Positions 16,513 to 26,079 of a stretch of 44,077 nt of DNA are shown in pieces. A program made the translations under genes and the position numbers. The notes under the pieces were generated by a model that had not been told where the DNA came from, searched no databases, and saw only the letters and a program-made list of their open reading frames with translations. Within the stretch, counting starts at the first letter, position 1, and every line of letters begins with the position of its first letter. The DNA is from Shigella phage EP23. Location: the sequence record JN984867. One strand, 5' to 3'.

Positions 16513-17253
16513 ATGTTAACGAAAAAGGTTAAAAGCGATATTGCCGCGCACGTTGCGGCATGTCTGCCGGAGGAAGCCTGCGGCCTGGTTGTCATGGTGG
16601 GCCGCAAACAAGTTTTTGTCCCGTGCATGAACGTATTCGAAGACCCGACCGGAGCGCGATCACGTAGAGACGCGTTTACCATTAGTGATATGGCCTGGAT
16701 GGAGGCCGAGGATATGGGCGACGTTGTTCGCGTTGTCCACTCACACCCAGGCCAGCGCGAGCTAACCCCGTCACTTGGCGACGTTAACGGGTGCAACGGC
16801 AGCGGCGTCGTGTGGACCATTACTAATGAGTACGGCGACTTTATCGAGATTGACCCGGAAGACCCGCCGCTGGTAGGCCGCCGATTTGTTCTCGGAATTA
16901 CGGATTGCTATGGCCTCGTAATGGACTGGCACAAAAAGCAGGGCGTGATTCTGCCAGACTTCCGCGTGCCGTACAACTGGTGGGAGACTGGCGAAAACCT
17001 GTATATGGATAACTGGTACGGAGCAGGCTTCAGGGAATGCGAGGAGAATACACCAGGGGCGATGGTCATCATGCAGATTAGCGCGCCGGTGCCAAACCAT
17101 GCGGGGATCTTCCTTCCAGGCAACCAGCTACTACACCATATCTACGGCAGCTTGTCGAGCGTCGTCCCCTTCCGGGCAGGATTTTTCCGCGACAATGTGG
17201 TTAAATGGGTGCGTCATAAAGACTTACCTGGGGATATTACAGAATGGCAATGA
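16513..17253 (+). CDS. tail tip assembly protein K-like (JAB/MPN + NlpC/P60)
   Basis: HSHP metalloprotease motif, then a GITDCYGLV Cys and a downstream His. Confidence 0.85.
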   Translation: MLTKKVKSDIAAHVAACLPEEACGLVVMVGRKQVFVPCMNVFEDPTGARSRRDAFTISDMAWMEAEDMGDVVRVVHSHPGQRELTPSLGDVNGCNGSGVVWTITNEYGDFIEIDPEDPPLVGRRFVLGITDCYGLVMDWHKKQGVILPDFRVPYNWWETGENLYMDNWYGAGFRECEENTPGAMVIMQISAPVPNHAGIFLPGNQLLHHIYGSLSSVVPFRAGFFRDNVVKWVRHKDLPGDITEWQ

Positions 17254-17861
17254 CCACGTTTAAATTGTACGGCGTCTTAGGGCGTCGTTTTGGTAAAGTG
17301 CACAAGCTGGACTGCTTCACACCAGGCGAAGGCATCACCGGCCTGTGCGTTAAGTTACCTGGCTTACAGGACTTTCTAATGTCGGCCCACCTGGAAAACA
17401 TTATGTTCAAGGTGCGCAAGGGCAATCACACAATGACCGGATACGACGAGTTGGGCGAGTTCCACGGCGACCGCGTAGTGACCATCGCGCCGGTTATGAC
17501 TGGCGCAAAAAGAGGACTGGGTCAGTTGCTGGCAGGCGTAGCAATCGTGGTGGCGTCATTCTACACCGGCGGGCTTGCTACTGCCGCTTTTGGTGCTTCA
17601 GCCGCGACCGCTGCCGCTATTGGCACAGCAACTTTCTCGTTCGGGATGTCAATGGCGCTGGGCGGCGTTATGCAATTGCTGTCGCCACAGCCGAAAGGAT
17701 TGCAGACACGGCAGGACGTGGACAACAAAGCGTCGTATGCGTTCGGCGGACCGGTAAACACGACAGCGCAAGGTACCGCACTTGGTGTATTATGGGGCGA
17801 GCGTGAGATCGGCGGCGCTATTATTTCAGCCGGAATTGTAACCGAGGATTTTAACGAATGA
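17244..17861 (+). CDS. tail assembly protein I-like
   Basis: 205 aa between the K-like and J-like genes. Gly/Ala-rich hydrophobic C-terminal half. Confidence 0.75.
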   Translation: MAMTTFKLYGVLGRRFGKVHKLDCFTPGEGITGLCVKLPGLQDFLMSAHLENIMFKVRKGNHTMTGYDELGEFHGDRVVTIAPVMTGAKRGLGQLLAGVAIVVASFYTGGLATAAFGASAATAAAIGTATFSFGMSMALGGVMQLLSPQPKGLQTRQDVDNKASYAFGGPVNTTAQGTALGVLWGEREIGGAIISAGIVTEDFNE

Positions 17862-20800
17862 CGATTATCTACGACGTCACGGGCCATAAAGGCGGCGGCG
17901 CAAAACCGCACACCCCACAGGAGACGCCTGACAGCCTGCATTCACTGGCTAAAGCCCGCATCTTGCTAGCACTGGGTGAAGGTGAGTTTGAAGGCATCCC
18001 GACCGACAACGAATTACGGCAGCGCGTTTATTTGGACGGCACGCCGATCCAGAACGCCGACCGATCCGAAAACTTCCCCGGCGCGCGCGTGGAGTTCCGC
18101 CCAGGCACACAGCACCAGGACGTTATTCACGGATTTTCCGCGGTGGAAAGCGAGCAGACAGTGGGTGTAAAACTGGAATACGGCACGCCGTGGGTGCGCC
18201 AGATTAACGACACCAGTTTGGACGCCGTGCGCATTCGAGTCGGTATACCGGCCCTGTACACTAACGAAGATAATGGCGACCTGGTGGGCGGGCGCATCGA
18301 CTATAAAATCGTTGTGTATACGGATAACGCCGATCCGCGCGAGTTCCGCTTCGCTGCCGTTGGAAAAACAATGTCGCTGTACGAGCGCGACCACCGCATC
18401 GAGCTACCGTCTAACGTGAATACCGGCTGGCGCGTGGAGGTGCACCGCTTAACGGCTGATTCCACCTCTGCGAAAGTGGTCAATGATATCCGGGTGCAAT
18501 CCATTACGGAGATTATCGACGCCCGCCTGCGATACCCGCTAACCGCGCTGTTGTTCGTGGAGTTCGACGCTAAGGCTTTCCAGAATATCCCGCGCGTGTC
18601 AATCAAGTGCAAAGGTCGCAAGGTGTTGGTCCCGAACAACTACGACCCGATTAATCACACCTATTCGGGGGACTGGGATGGCACGTTTAAACGCGCATGG
18701 ACGGATAACCCTGCGTGGCACTGGTACGATATTTGTATTACTGAGCGCTTTGGCCTCGGTCGTCGTATCAAACCGCAAATGCTAAACCGATACGCGCTTT
18801 ACCAGGTTGCGCAGCGCTGCGATCAGCTGGTCAGCGACGGCAACGGCGGGCAGGAAATCCGATTTAAGAATGATATGTACATCCAGTCGCAGACCGACGC
18901 CTGGACCGTGCTTAAGGATTTAGCCGCTATCTTTGCCGGTATGACCTGGTGGGGCAATCAGATGTTAAATATCGTCAGTGACCAGCCGGTAGCCGCGGTA
19001 TCGCACACTATCACAAACGCCTCGGTGATTGATGGTCGATTCGACTACGCATCCGGTAGCCAGAAAACCCGGTATTCCACGTTCGCGGTAGCATACGGCA
19101 ACCCGAAGAACCACTACGAAGACGCCATCGCAACGGGCCAGCGCGTCGAACTGGTGCGCCGCCATAAGATTAACCGCCTCGATATTACGGCGATCGGCTG
19201 TACGCGTGAGTCCGAAGCGCAACGCCGCGGGCACTGGGCGCTAATCTCCAACCAGCTTGACCAGCAAGTTAGCTTTAAGGTTGGCATGGAAGGGCTGTTT
19301 TTTATCCCGGGAAGCGTAGTTGCGATCGCGGATACTAATATTTCCGGCGGCTTCGAGACACGCGGCGGACGCCTGTTGTCAGATCCAGGGACGCGTACTG
19401 TGCTGAACACGGACAGCGAAATCACGTTCCGCCCTGGCGATAAATTCTTGGTGCGCACCGATAGCGGGAATGTGGAGACTCGCGAGATTGCCAGCGTCAA
19501 CGGCAACAAGGTTACGCTGAAAACAGCACTGAACGCTGACCCGATTCCCGATCAACCGTTTTGCGTTGATGGCGACGATATCCAGTTGCAGAAGTTCCGC
19601 ATCACCGACCTGGAATATGACGACGCTACCAGCACTTTCTCGGTGCGCGGGATTGAATACAACGACAGCAAATACGATGCCGTTGATAATGGCGCTCGCC
19701 TTGATCCGGGCATCTTCACGCAAGTTCCTGACGGCGTAATGAAGGGGCCGGAGTCGGTAATCATCACCCCGTCGCAGATCTCATCGCAAGGCCAGCTAAT
19801 CACCAACGTGGATATTGTTTTCCCGCCGGTGAAAGATGCCGTTGTGTACGAAATCCAGTGGCGGCGCACCAGCTTGCAGAATATGGAAATCCAGTGGGGT
19901 AACGACTGGGTGAACCTTCCACGCACGGCATCGAACGGCGCGCACATCCCTAACGTGTTCTCCGGCAACTACCAGGCACGCGTCCGCGCGATCGGTATGG
20001 GTGAGATTTCATCCCCGTGGGTGGAGTCCGCCATCACGCCGGTGGAAGGTCGCCTCGGCGGGCTTAACGCGCCGATCATCACCAACGCGATTTCTGGCCT
20101 CCACCAGATTTTGTGGAAGTGGAACCATAATAACGCCGCGACGGATATCTCATACACCGAGCTTGAAGTGCGCAAGACCGGTGAGACGGAATGGAAATTT
20201 CTTACCAACGTCCCATATCCAGGGGCGGAGTATGCACAAACGTCTCTGGAGTTCGGTATCTATCAGCAGTTGCGCGCCCGCGTAGCGGATAAAATCGGCA
20301 ACCTGTCGGACTGGTCGGCCCCGTTTGAAGGGCAGGTAAGTAACAAAGTTGACGAGTACATGAAGGGGCTTGACGATGAGTTCTTGACTTCTGAGGATGG
20401 TAAACGCTTCCAGGAAGCGATCGACACCATGCCGCAAGGCATTTACGAGGCCATGCTCACCGACGCGCAGCAAATGTTCAACGCCCGCGCTGAGTACCAG
20501 GGGATTTATGCGGAAATCAAGGTGGCGTATAACGTGGCAGCAGACGCCCACCAGGCCGTCGCGCAACTGGAGACGTTGATCGGCACGCGCCTTGACGAAG
20601 CTGAAGCGGCGATTCACACGTTGCAGACGGCGCAGAGTACGCAAGAGCAGGCCTTCGCCCGGTATCAGCAGACTGTTGCCGCTAAGTTCTCGGAGCAGGA
20701 AGCCGCTATCCAGCAGGTACAGACGGCAACGGCGGACGTAGCTGGCGCACTGGCGGAGTATAAGACCCAGGTCGCAGCACAGTTTGGGCAGCAGTCTGCC

Positions 20801-21676
20801 GCTATTGAGCAGAAGATGACGTCTTCGTTTAACCACTCCGGTGGTAGCGCCACGTACAGCCTTAAGGCGGGCGTGACGTATAACGGGACTTACTACGATG
20901 CCGGTATGCAGCTTTCCGTCGTGACGTCGGGCAACGCGGTTAAATCACGCATCGCATTCAAGGCGGACCAGTTCTACATCATGCACCCGTCCAACGGCAC
21001 GCTGTCATCGGCGTTTATTGTGGATGGGGGACAGGTGTATATAGACACAGCCCGCATCAAGAACGCGTCCATAAACTTCGCGCAGATCACGGACACGCTG
21101 CGGTCAGATAACTTCGTAGCGGGATCACGCGGGTGGAACCTGCCTAAATCTGGTAATGCGGAGCTTAACAATGTGACAGTCCGCGGCACCGTTTATGCGA
21201 ATGATGGTGAGTTCCGGGGCACGGTTTATGCAAGGGATGGGGTATTTACCGGAACGGTCGAAGCCACCAGTTTTGTCGGTGACGTTGCAAATATGTGTGT
21301 TATCGGTGCGAAAGCAATACCCAACACAGCCAGGAATGGATCAAGGTCGTGGTCGGTGACTTTCAACGACTCATCCAATTCAACAAAACTCAAAGACTTT
21401 GTATTGCTGTTAAGCTACTCACTGGTCGGGTACACCGCAAGCCAGTCAAGCCGCATTGCTATTACCGCCAATATTGGCGGGAAAGTAGTCTCAAGGACTA
21501 TTGAACGAGCGGCAAGCGGAAACGCAATCCATACAACGATTCCTTTAGCTGCGAAAGGTGTAACGGCGGGAAGTGTGACAATTACTGTGAAAGAAGAGTA
21601 TACAAACGTCTACGGCAGCACATTGCACCCGTCTGTAATTTTAATGACTCGTGGGACAGGTAGCTGGTCGCAATAA
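17858..21676 (+). CDS. tail tip / host specificity protein J-like
   Basis: 1272 aa following I. Size and order match the lambda J family. Confidence 0.9.
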   Translation: MTIIYDVTGHKGGGAKPHTPQETPDSLHSLAKARILLALGEGEFEGIPTDNELRQRVYLDGTPIQNADRSENFPGARVEFRPGTQHQDVIHGFSAVESEQTVGVKLEYGTPWVRQINDTSLDAVRIRVGIPALYTNEDNGDLVGGRIDYKIVVYTDNADPREFRFAAVGKTMSLYERDHRIELPSNVNTGWRVEVHRLTADSTSAKVVNDIRVQSITEIIDARLRYPLTALLFVEFDAKAFQNIPRVSIKCKGRKVLVPNNYDPINHTYSGDWDGTFKRAWTDNPAWHWYDICITERFGLGRRIKPQMLNRYALYQVAQRCDQLVSDGNGGQEIRFKNDMYIQSQTDAWTVLKDLAAIFAGMTWWGNQMLNIVSDQPVAAVSHTITNASVIDGRFDYASGSQKTRYSTFAVAYGNPKNHYEDAIATGQRVELVRRHKINRLDITAIGCTRESEAQRRGHWALISNQLDQQVSFKVGMEGLFFIPGSVVAIADTNISGGFETRGGRLLSDPGTRTVLNTDSEITFRPGDKFLVRTDSGNVETREIASVNGNKVTLKTALNADPIPDQPFCVDGDDIQLQKFRITDLEYDDATSTFSVRGIEYNDSKYDAVDNGARLDPGIFTQVPDGVMKGPESVIITPSQISSQGQLITNVDIVFPPVKDAVVYEIQWRRTSLQNMEIQWGNDWVNLPRTASNGAHIPNVFSGNYQARVRAIGMGEISSPWVESAITPVEGRLGGLNAPIITNAISGLHQILWKWNHNNAATDISYTELEVRKTGETEWKFLTNVPYPGAEYAQTSLEFGIYQQLRARVADKIGNLSDWSAPFEGQVSNKVDEYMKGLDDEFLTSEDGKRFQEAIDTMPQGIYEAMLTDAQQMFNARAEYQGIYAEIKVAYNVAADAHQAVAQLETLIGTRLDEAEAAIHTLQTAQSTQEQAFARYQQTVAAKFSEQEAAIQQVQTATADVAGALAEYKTQVAAQFGQQSAAIEQKMTSSFNHSGGSATYSLKAGVTYNGTYYDAGMQLSVVTSGNAVKSRIAFKADQFYIMHPSNGTLSSAFIVDGGQVYIDTARIKNASINFAQITDTLRSDNFVAGSRGWNLPKSGNAELNNVTVRGTVYANDGEFRGTVYARDGVFTGTVEATSFVGDVANMCVIGAKAIPNTARNGSRSWSVTFNDSSNSTKLKDFVLLLSYSLVGYTASQSSRIAITANIGGKVVSRTIERAASGNAIHTTIPLAAKGVTAGSVTITVKEEYTNVYGSTLHPSVILMTRGTGSWSQ

Positions 21677-21680
21677 GCAA

Positions 21681-21709
21681 ATAGCCCCTCGCTTGAGGGG
21701 CTATCTTTT
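21681..21709. terminator. bidirectional terminator
   Basis: ATAGCCCCTC-GCTT-GAGGGGCTAT followed by CTTTT, between the convergent J gene and the lipoprotein gene. Confidence 0.75.
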
Positions 21710-21950
21710 AATAATCAATGACGCAGTTTGATGGGGAACCAATCCTGCGGTGTTCGTGGCTAATCTCCTGGCACCACTGACCGGTATATGGTAGCTTTTC
21801 GGTATCGTAAACCAAAGACCCGTCCTCATGTCGCTCAATAGGCTGAGGTATTACACCGGAATTTGGAACGCCTGTGCTTAAGCCGCTGCCACATGCCGTC
21901 ATCAGAAGGCACGCCGCGGGTATTATCAGATTTTTGATTAAAGTTTTCAT
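21708..21950 (-). CDS. small lipoprotein, candidate receptor-blocking superinfection exclusion protein (Llp/Cor-like role)
   Basis: 80 aa. Signal peptide plus lipobox (AACLLMTAC|GSG), SD GGAGA. Antisense gene between the two receptor-binding genes. Start trimmed from 22013 to 21950. Confidence 0.7.
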   Translation of the reverse strand: MKTLIKNLIIPAACLLMTACGSGLSTGVPNSGVIPQPIERHEDGSLVYDTEKLPYTGQWCQEISHEHRRIGSPSNCVIDY

Positions 21951-21980
21951 GTTATCATCTCCTGTATTGGGTTGAGTTTT

Positions 21981-22009
21981 AGTATTACACCGCTCAACCA
22001 AGAATGCAA
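21981..22009 (-). promoter_or_regulatory. candidate promoter for the lipoprotein gene
   Basis: On the minus strand: TTGGTTGCAT (-35 TTGCAT)-17 nt-AATACT, preceded by TGT. Confidence 0.4.
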
Positions 22010-22031
22010 CCAATTTTATGAGGATTTAGCT

Positions 22032-23660
22032 ATGGCAGCGGGTACGCTCTCCGTAACGAACAATAGCAAGGCTGTAGTAGGGGTTGGCACAACGTTTACC
22101 GAGTACAAGGCTGGTGACTTCTTATCGCTGGTGGTTGGGCAAGTGCCTTACACCGTGGCGATCGCGTCCATCGAAAGCGCAACCGCGCTCACACTGGTGT
22201 TGCCGTTCGACGGCCCAACGGCGACGGGTCTGGCCTGGGACGGCATCAAACGTGACACCATGTCATTGGCGACGATGGGCGTAACCGTCCAGGCGCAAAA
22301 AGCATTGCGATTGATGATCGCAGATGAGAACAACTGGCGCGCAATCTTCGGAGAAGAAGAGGAAATAACAGTGACGTTACCTAACGGGCAGGTTATGCAG
22401 GGCATGTCATGGGGCTATCTGTCGCAGCTAATGAAGCAGATCGACCCCGTAGAAATGCGCAACCTGCAACAACAGGCCGAGACGGCAAAAAACCAGGCTG
22501 TTACTGCGAAGGGCCAGGCAGAATCAGCGCGCGATGCGGCTAATACAGCAAAAACTGGCGCGGAGAACGCCCGCAACCAGGCCAACACCGCACGTGATCA
22601 GGCCAACACCGCCAAAACAGGCGCAGAATCAGCGCGCGATGCGGCTAATACAGCAAAAACTGGTGCGGAGAACGCCCGCAGCCAGGCGCAAGGGTATCGC
22701 GACGAAGCAGAGCAGTTTAAAAACCAAATCAACCCATCACAGTTCATGCTTAAGTCGCAAAACCTTAGCGACGTAGCGAACAAAGATACGGCGCGGGACA
22801 ATCTGTCACTAGGCCGCACTCAGCGTGCGCAATTTGAGGGGGTTGACCTGTCTAAAAGCGACTGGCCCGGCTTAAGGTTTATTACAACCAGCATGTCACC
22901 AACAGAGGTCGGCTATCGCGTTGTCTTTGAGCATGATTCGAGTGATAACCGCATGGCGCTCTACTGGCGAAATGGCTCAGATGCCAATGGGCAGGCCGCC
23001 GTCCACTTCACCGCGCCTGCCAGCGGGCAGACGCGATTTATTGCATACAAGGAAGAAGTAAACCTTCCAGAAATTACAGGCTGGGGCGTAGCGGCTCCCT
23101 CGCAAGGACCGAGGGCGACGAACGCCACAAACCTTGCGCCGGGGCTTTATTGGGGTACCGTCGCTGACGTCGGCAATCCAATTTCAGGAACACTCGGCAT
23201 GTCGATGCTTCAAACATCAGGATCATCCGCCAATTACCGCTGCCAGTTGGTGTTTCAGGATAGCGCGGGCGGGGCGATGTATCTCCGTTCCAGTAATAGT
23301 AGCGTTTTTGGTAACTACAAGCAGGTAACTACCTCTGCGGTGTCGGATGAGCGCCTGAAAACTGTCCGGGGAAATCTTAATCTAGAAGGTGCGCTGGATA
23401 ACATAAACCGAATGGATTTTAAAATTTTCTCGTTCCTGAGTGATGGGCCGGAACGTAGCTACCGACGCGGCGTTATCTCGCAGCAGATCCGCCAGATTGA
23501 TAAGCAGTACACGAAAGAGATCGGCGGGTACTATCATCTTGATCAGACACCAATGCTACTGGACGCCCTAGCGGCAATTAAAGCATTGCGGGCGCGTGAC
23601 GAGGCTAATAAAGCAGAGATTGCAGAGTTAAAAGCGGCGATTGCAGAATTGAAAAAATAA
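22032..23660 (+). CDS. side tail fibre with C-terminal intramolecular chaperone (peptidase S74-type) domain
   Basis: 542 aa. Coiled repeat region, then a C-terminal S|DERLKTVRGNLN...IDKQYTKEIGG...ELKAAIAELKK typical of autocleaving fibre chaperone domains. Start trimmed to 22032. Confidence 0.8.
   Translation: MAAGTLSVTNNSKAVVGVGTTFTEYKAGDFLSLVVGQVPYTVAIASIESATALTLVLPFDGPTATGLAWDGIKRDTMSLATMGVTVQAQKALRLMIADENNWRAIFGEEEEITVTLPNGQVMQGMSWGYLSQLMKQIDPVEMRNLQQQAETAKNQAVTAKGQAESARDAANTAKTGAENARNQANTARDQANTAKTGAESARDAANTAKTGAENARSQAQGYRDEAEQFKNQINPSQFMLKSQNLSDVANKDTARDNLSLGRTQRAQFEGVDLSKSDWPGLRFITTSMSPTEVGYRVVFEHDSSDNRMALYWRNGSDANGQAAVHFTAPASGQTRFIAYKEEVNLPEITGWGVAAPSQGPRATNATNLAPGLYWGTVADVGNPISGTLGMSMLQTSGSSANYRCQLVFQDSAGGAMYLRSSNSSVFGNYKQVTTSAVSDERLKTVRGNLNLEGALDNINRMDFKIFSFLSDGPERSYRRGVISQQIRQIDKQYTKEIGGYYHLDQTPMLLDALAAIKALRARDEANKAEIAELKAAIAELKK
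22518..22680 (+). repeat. direct repeat inside the fibre gene (58 bp x2, 105-bp period)
   Basis: 22518-22575 versus 22623-22680 differ at 1 of 58 positions. They encode the repeated AESARDAANTAKTGAENAR segment. Confidence 0.85.
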
Positions 23661-23664
23661 AAGA

Positions 23665-23687
23665 GGGGGCCACACGGCCCCTTTTTT
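23665..23687. terminator. bidirectional terminator
   Basis: GGGGCC-ACAC-GGCCCC followed by TTTTTT, between convergent genes. Confidence 0.8.
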
Positions 23688-24261
23688 AGTTTGAGTTTTC
23701 CCAGTCCATTTTGCGCCGCACCAGCGGGCTTTCGTAATATTCCTTCCCCTCCACTTCCAACAAGGGCCAATCGTTCACAATCACGTAGGGTTCCGCAATG
23801 TCCTCAATTACGCCGTGCGCGCTGTGCTGCCCGAATGACACACCAACCAGGATAACACCGGCAACTCGACGTGTGAGGTACTCGTGCGCGCAACGTGCCT
23901 CAACCAGTCCGCGACGGATGCCGCTGGTGGCTTTCACCTCGTAGGTCCAAACGGCATCGATCATGTGCTCACGGTAGTCGGGGCCGGATTTAACCTTGCG
24001 CTTACCGACCATAATAATATCGCCGCGGTCGATGGTGTTGGCGCTAAACAGGCCAGTACGCATTAGCAAGCCTTGCGGTATGCAACTACGCCCGCCTGCC
24101 TGCCCCTCAAGGTACATGCCCGCAAACATCTCGCCAAGCACACCGACGAGACGGCTTTGTTTGCACGCGTCTGACTTTAAACGCCATTGATCAAACTCGA
24201 TGCTTGCTAACATTGCCGCCAGGTGGAATTGTTTACCGGTTATTTCAAATTCTCCGAACAT
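23686..24261 (-). CDS. hypothetical protein, possible PD-(D/E)XK nuclease fold
   Basis: 191 aa, SD GGGGGA. GDIIMVG ... TYEVKAT spacing resembles the D...(D/E)xK motif. Confidence 0.55.
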   Translation of the reverse strand: MFGEFEITGKQFHLAAMLASIEFDQWRLKSDACKQSRLVGVLGEMFAGMYLEGQAGGRSCIPQGLLMRTGLFSANTIDRGDIIMVGKRKVKSGPDYREHMIDAVWTYEVKATSGIRRGLVEARCAHEYLTRRVAGVILVGVSFGQHSAHGVIEDIAEPYVIVNDWPLLEVEGKEYYESPLVRRKMDWENSN

Positions 24262-24303
24262 TGTGAATCCCCCATTGCTGCGGGCCGAAGCCCGCGATTA
24301 GTG

Positions 24304-24858
24304 TTATTTCAGTGCGCTACGCACCAGTGTTTTTTCCATGTTGCGGAAGTCTTCCGGCGTCATGCAGATTTTCGGTCCGTCTTCGCCGGTGAGCACGACC
24401 ATAGGCTGGGCGTCCTGATCTGCGATGCCAAAATCGCCGGCCTTAACAGTCTTGCCGAACGAGGCTACCGTGTCCTCCGCAACGCGAATTGCGCTGTTAT
24501 ACGCATTAATCTCACCGTCCAGGCGCACGGACAGGCCTTTGAGGCTTTCAAACTGTTCTGCCGTTGTATCGATCTGAATCTCGTCATGCACGGTCATGTA
24601 AGACTCGCCCAGCAGGGAGGCATACGCCACCAGATCCACGATGTTATCTTCCTGGTGCTTACGGTGCTGGCGCACCAGCTTCAGGCAGATTAGGAAGGTC
24701 CAGGCTTCTTGCTCTGTCAAGTCGCGACCGGTAAGCGCGTTAAACACGGCAGCGATTTGTTTAGCGCTGCGTTCTTCTTTCGCGTTGTCATAGCCGTTTT
24801 CTTTCCCGCGCTGTTCCATAGTGGTGGCGGCGTTTTTGCAGTATTCGTATGCTTTCAC
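24304..24858 (-). CDS. hypothetical protein (184 aa)
   Basis: GTG start behind AAGGG. Downstream of the 24905-24934 promoter. Confidence 0.6.
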   Translation of the reverse strand: MKAYEYCKNAATTMEQRGKENGYDNAKEERSAKQIAAVFNALTGRDLTEQEAWTFLICLKLVRQHRKHQEDNIVDLVAYASLLGESYMTVHDEIQIDTTAEQFESLKGLSVRLDGEINAYNSAIRVAEDTVASFGKTVKAGDFGIADQDAQPMVVLTGEDGPKICMTPEDFRNMEKTLVRSALK

Positions 24859-24904
24859 AGTATTACCCTTTTAGCGAGGGGGCTGTATTGCCCCCGACAC
24901 GTTT

Positions 24905-24934
24905 ACTATAGTGCAACCAACCTATTGGTTGCAA
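24905..24934 (-). promoter_or_regulatory. sigma70-like promoter overlapping a perfect inverted repeat
   Basis: On the minus strand: TTGCAA-18 nt-TATAGT. The plus strand carries TGCAACCAA-ccta-TTGGTTGCA (24912-24933). Confidence 0.55.
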
Positions 24935-25392
24935 GTGAATTTTGCAACGTTTATTGCGTAAATTTTCGGGACCAAATCACCACACGCCCGACGAATTGCC
25001 GCGATGTTCTTCGGGCAGTCCTCAATGATGACCAGTTCCGACACGTCCGCATAGCAGACCATTTTGAACACGGCGCACGCCTTAAACTCAGGCGGCGGGG
25101 TGTCGTCCAGCATGTGGCGCATAAACAACCGGCCTACTGGGAAGACCTCCAATTGCTCGGCGGTGGTGTCCCAACATTCTCGCTGCCGGTTTGTCAGATA
25201 CGCGATCTCGAAGCCTTGCTCTTTATACATGCGCAGCAGCGGCAGCATATCCATGTTCAGGTCTTCGCGGACGTGCGCTTTGTGCCACTTCGCCCAAAAG
25301 GTGGATTTCGTTTTTATCCCCGGCACCAGGTCGGCGCGCGCATCGCTTGATCCATTAATAACGCCATCCAGATCACAAATCAGTAATTTCAT
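24922..25392 (-). CDS. HAD-superfamily phosphatase-like protein
   Basis: 156 aa. N-terminal LICDLDGVI (DxDG motif I). Confidence 0.55.
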   Translation of the reverse strand: MKLLICDLDGVINGSSDARADLVPGIKTKSTFWAKWHKAHVREDLNMDMLPLLRMYKEQGFEIAYLTNRQRECWDTTAEQLEVFPVGRLFMRHMLDDTPPPEFKACAVFKMVCYADVSELVIIEDCPKNIAAIRRACGDLVPKIYAINVAKFTCNQ

Positions 25393-25613
25393 TTCAATTC
25401 CTCAATCAAATTTGCACGAACAGTACGGGCGGAAAACGTGTCACACACAAGATGACAGCGGGCAGTCATTACAAGCCAGCCAGTAAGGTCCATGCCCAGG
25501 AGGTGTTCTGGCCGTGACACGCGACGCACTTTGTTCTCCCTCGGGTTGATTTGGTAGCGTTTAACAATTTCGTCCACGACGCGCATACTGCGATCAACGA
25601 TTAAGATATTCAC
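25389..25613 (-). CDS. hypothetical protein (74 aa)
   Basis: ORF with overlaps to both neighbours (ATGA with the downstream gene, 20 nt with the upstream gene). Confidence 0.5.
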   Translation of the reverse strand: MNILIVDRSMRVVDEIVKRYQINPRENKVRRVSRPEHLLGMDLTGWLVMTARCHLVCDTFSARTVRANLIEELK

Positions 25614-26079
25614 GTAGTTCTCCCTCGCTCATTATTTCAATTTGTGCGCTGCCGGTGGGCGGCGCTTCGTCGAAGATTATCAATTGCTGGCACTTGTTAT
25701 TGCTCGGCCCGACTTCACCAGTTACAGCGTGAATAAATCGGATACGCCAGTCCAGAAGAATTATCAGGTTTGCAGTCTTCCGGGCCAGCTTCGCCCACTT
25801 AGTCGACGTGTCCTGATTCAGTAGCATGACGGTCCGGCGTCCGTGCGCTGCGCACTTGACCCACGGCAGCGGATCGGAATACGGCGGGTTGCACCACTTC
25901 CACCCTTTCAACTCTGACCAGTCCACCTCAAGCGCGCTGTGCTCTGCCGTGAAGTAACGCGGTAGAAGGTGGTTGGCATCGCTCGCCGCCATATCGTAAC
26001 GGAATCGGTACTTCCGGCGCAGCGGTTTAAATAAAGCTGGCGGCGTGCGCCAGCTATCTTTTTGCTCACTCTTCTGCAT
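25594..26079 (-). CDS. dam: DNA N6-adenine methyltransferase (phage Dam family)
   Basis: SWRTPPALF ... YDMAASDANHLLPRYFT ... WCNPPYS motifs. Confidence 0.85.
   Translation of the reverse strand: MQKSEQKDSWRTPPALFKPLRRKYRFRYDMAASDANHLLPRYFTAEHSALEVDWSELKGWKWCNPPYSDPLPWVKCAAHGRRTVMLLNQDTSTKWAKLARKTANLIILLDWRIRFIHAVTGEVGPSNNKCQQLIIFDEAPPTGSAQIEIMSEGELREYLNR

Noticed and set aside
20150-20836. 228-aa minus-strand ORF inside the J-like gene
   Set aside because: It is antisense to the Ala/Gln-rich coiled region of J, whose codon bias keeps the opposite strand stop-free. It is Leu/Arg-rich nonsense.
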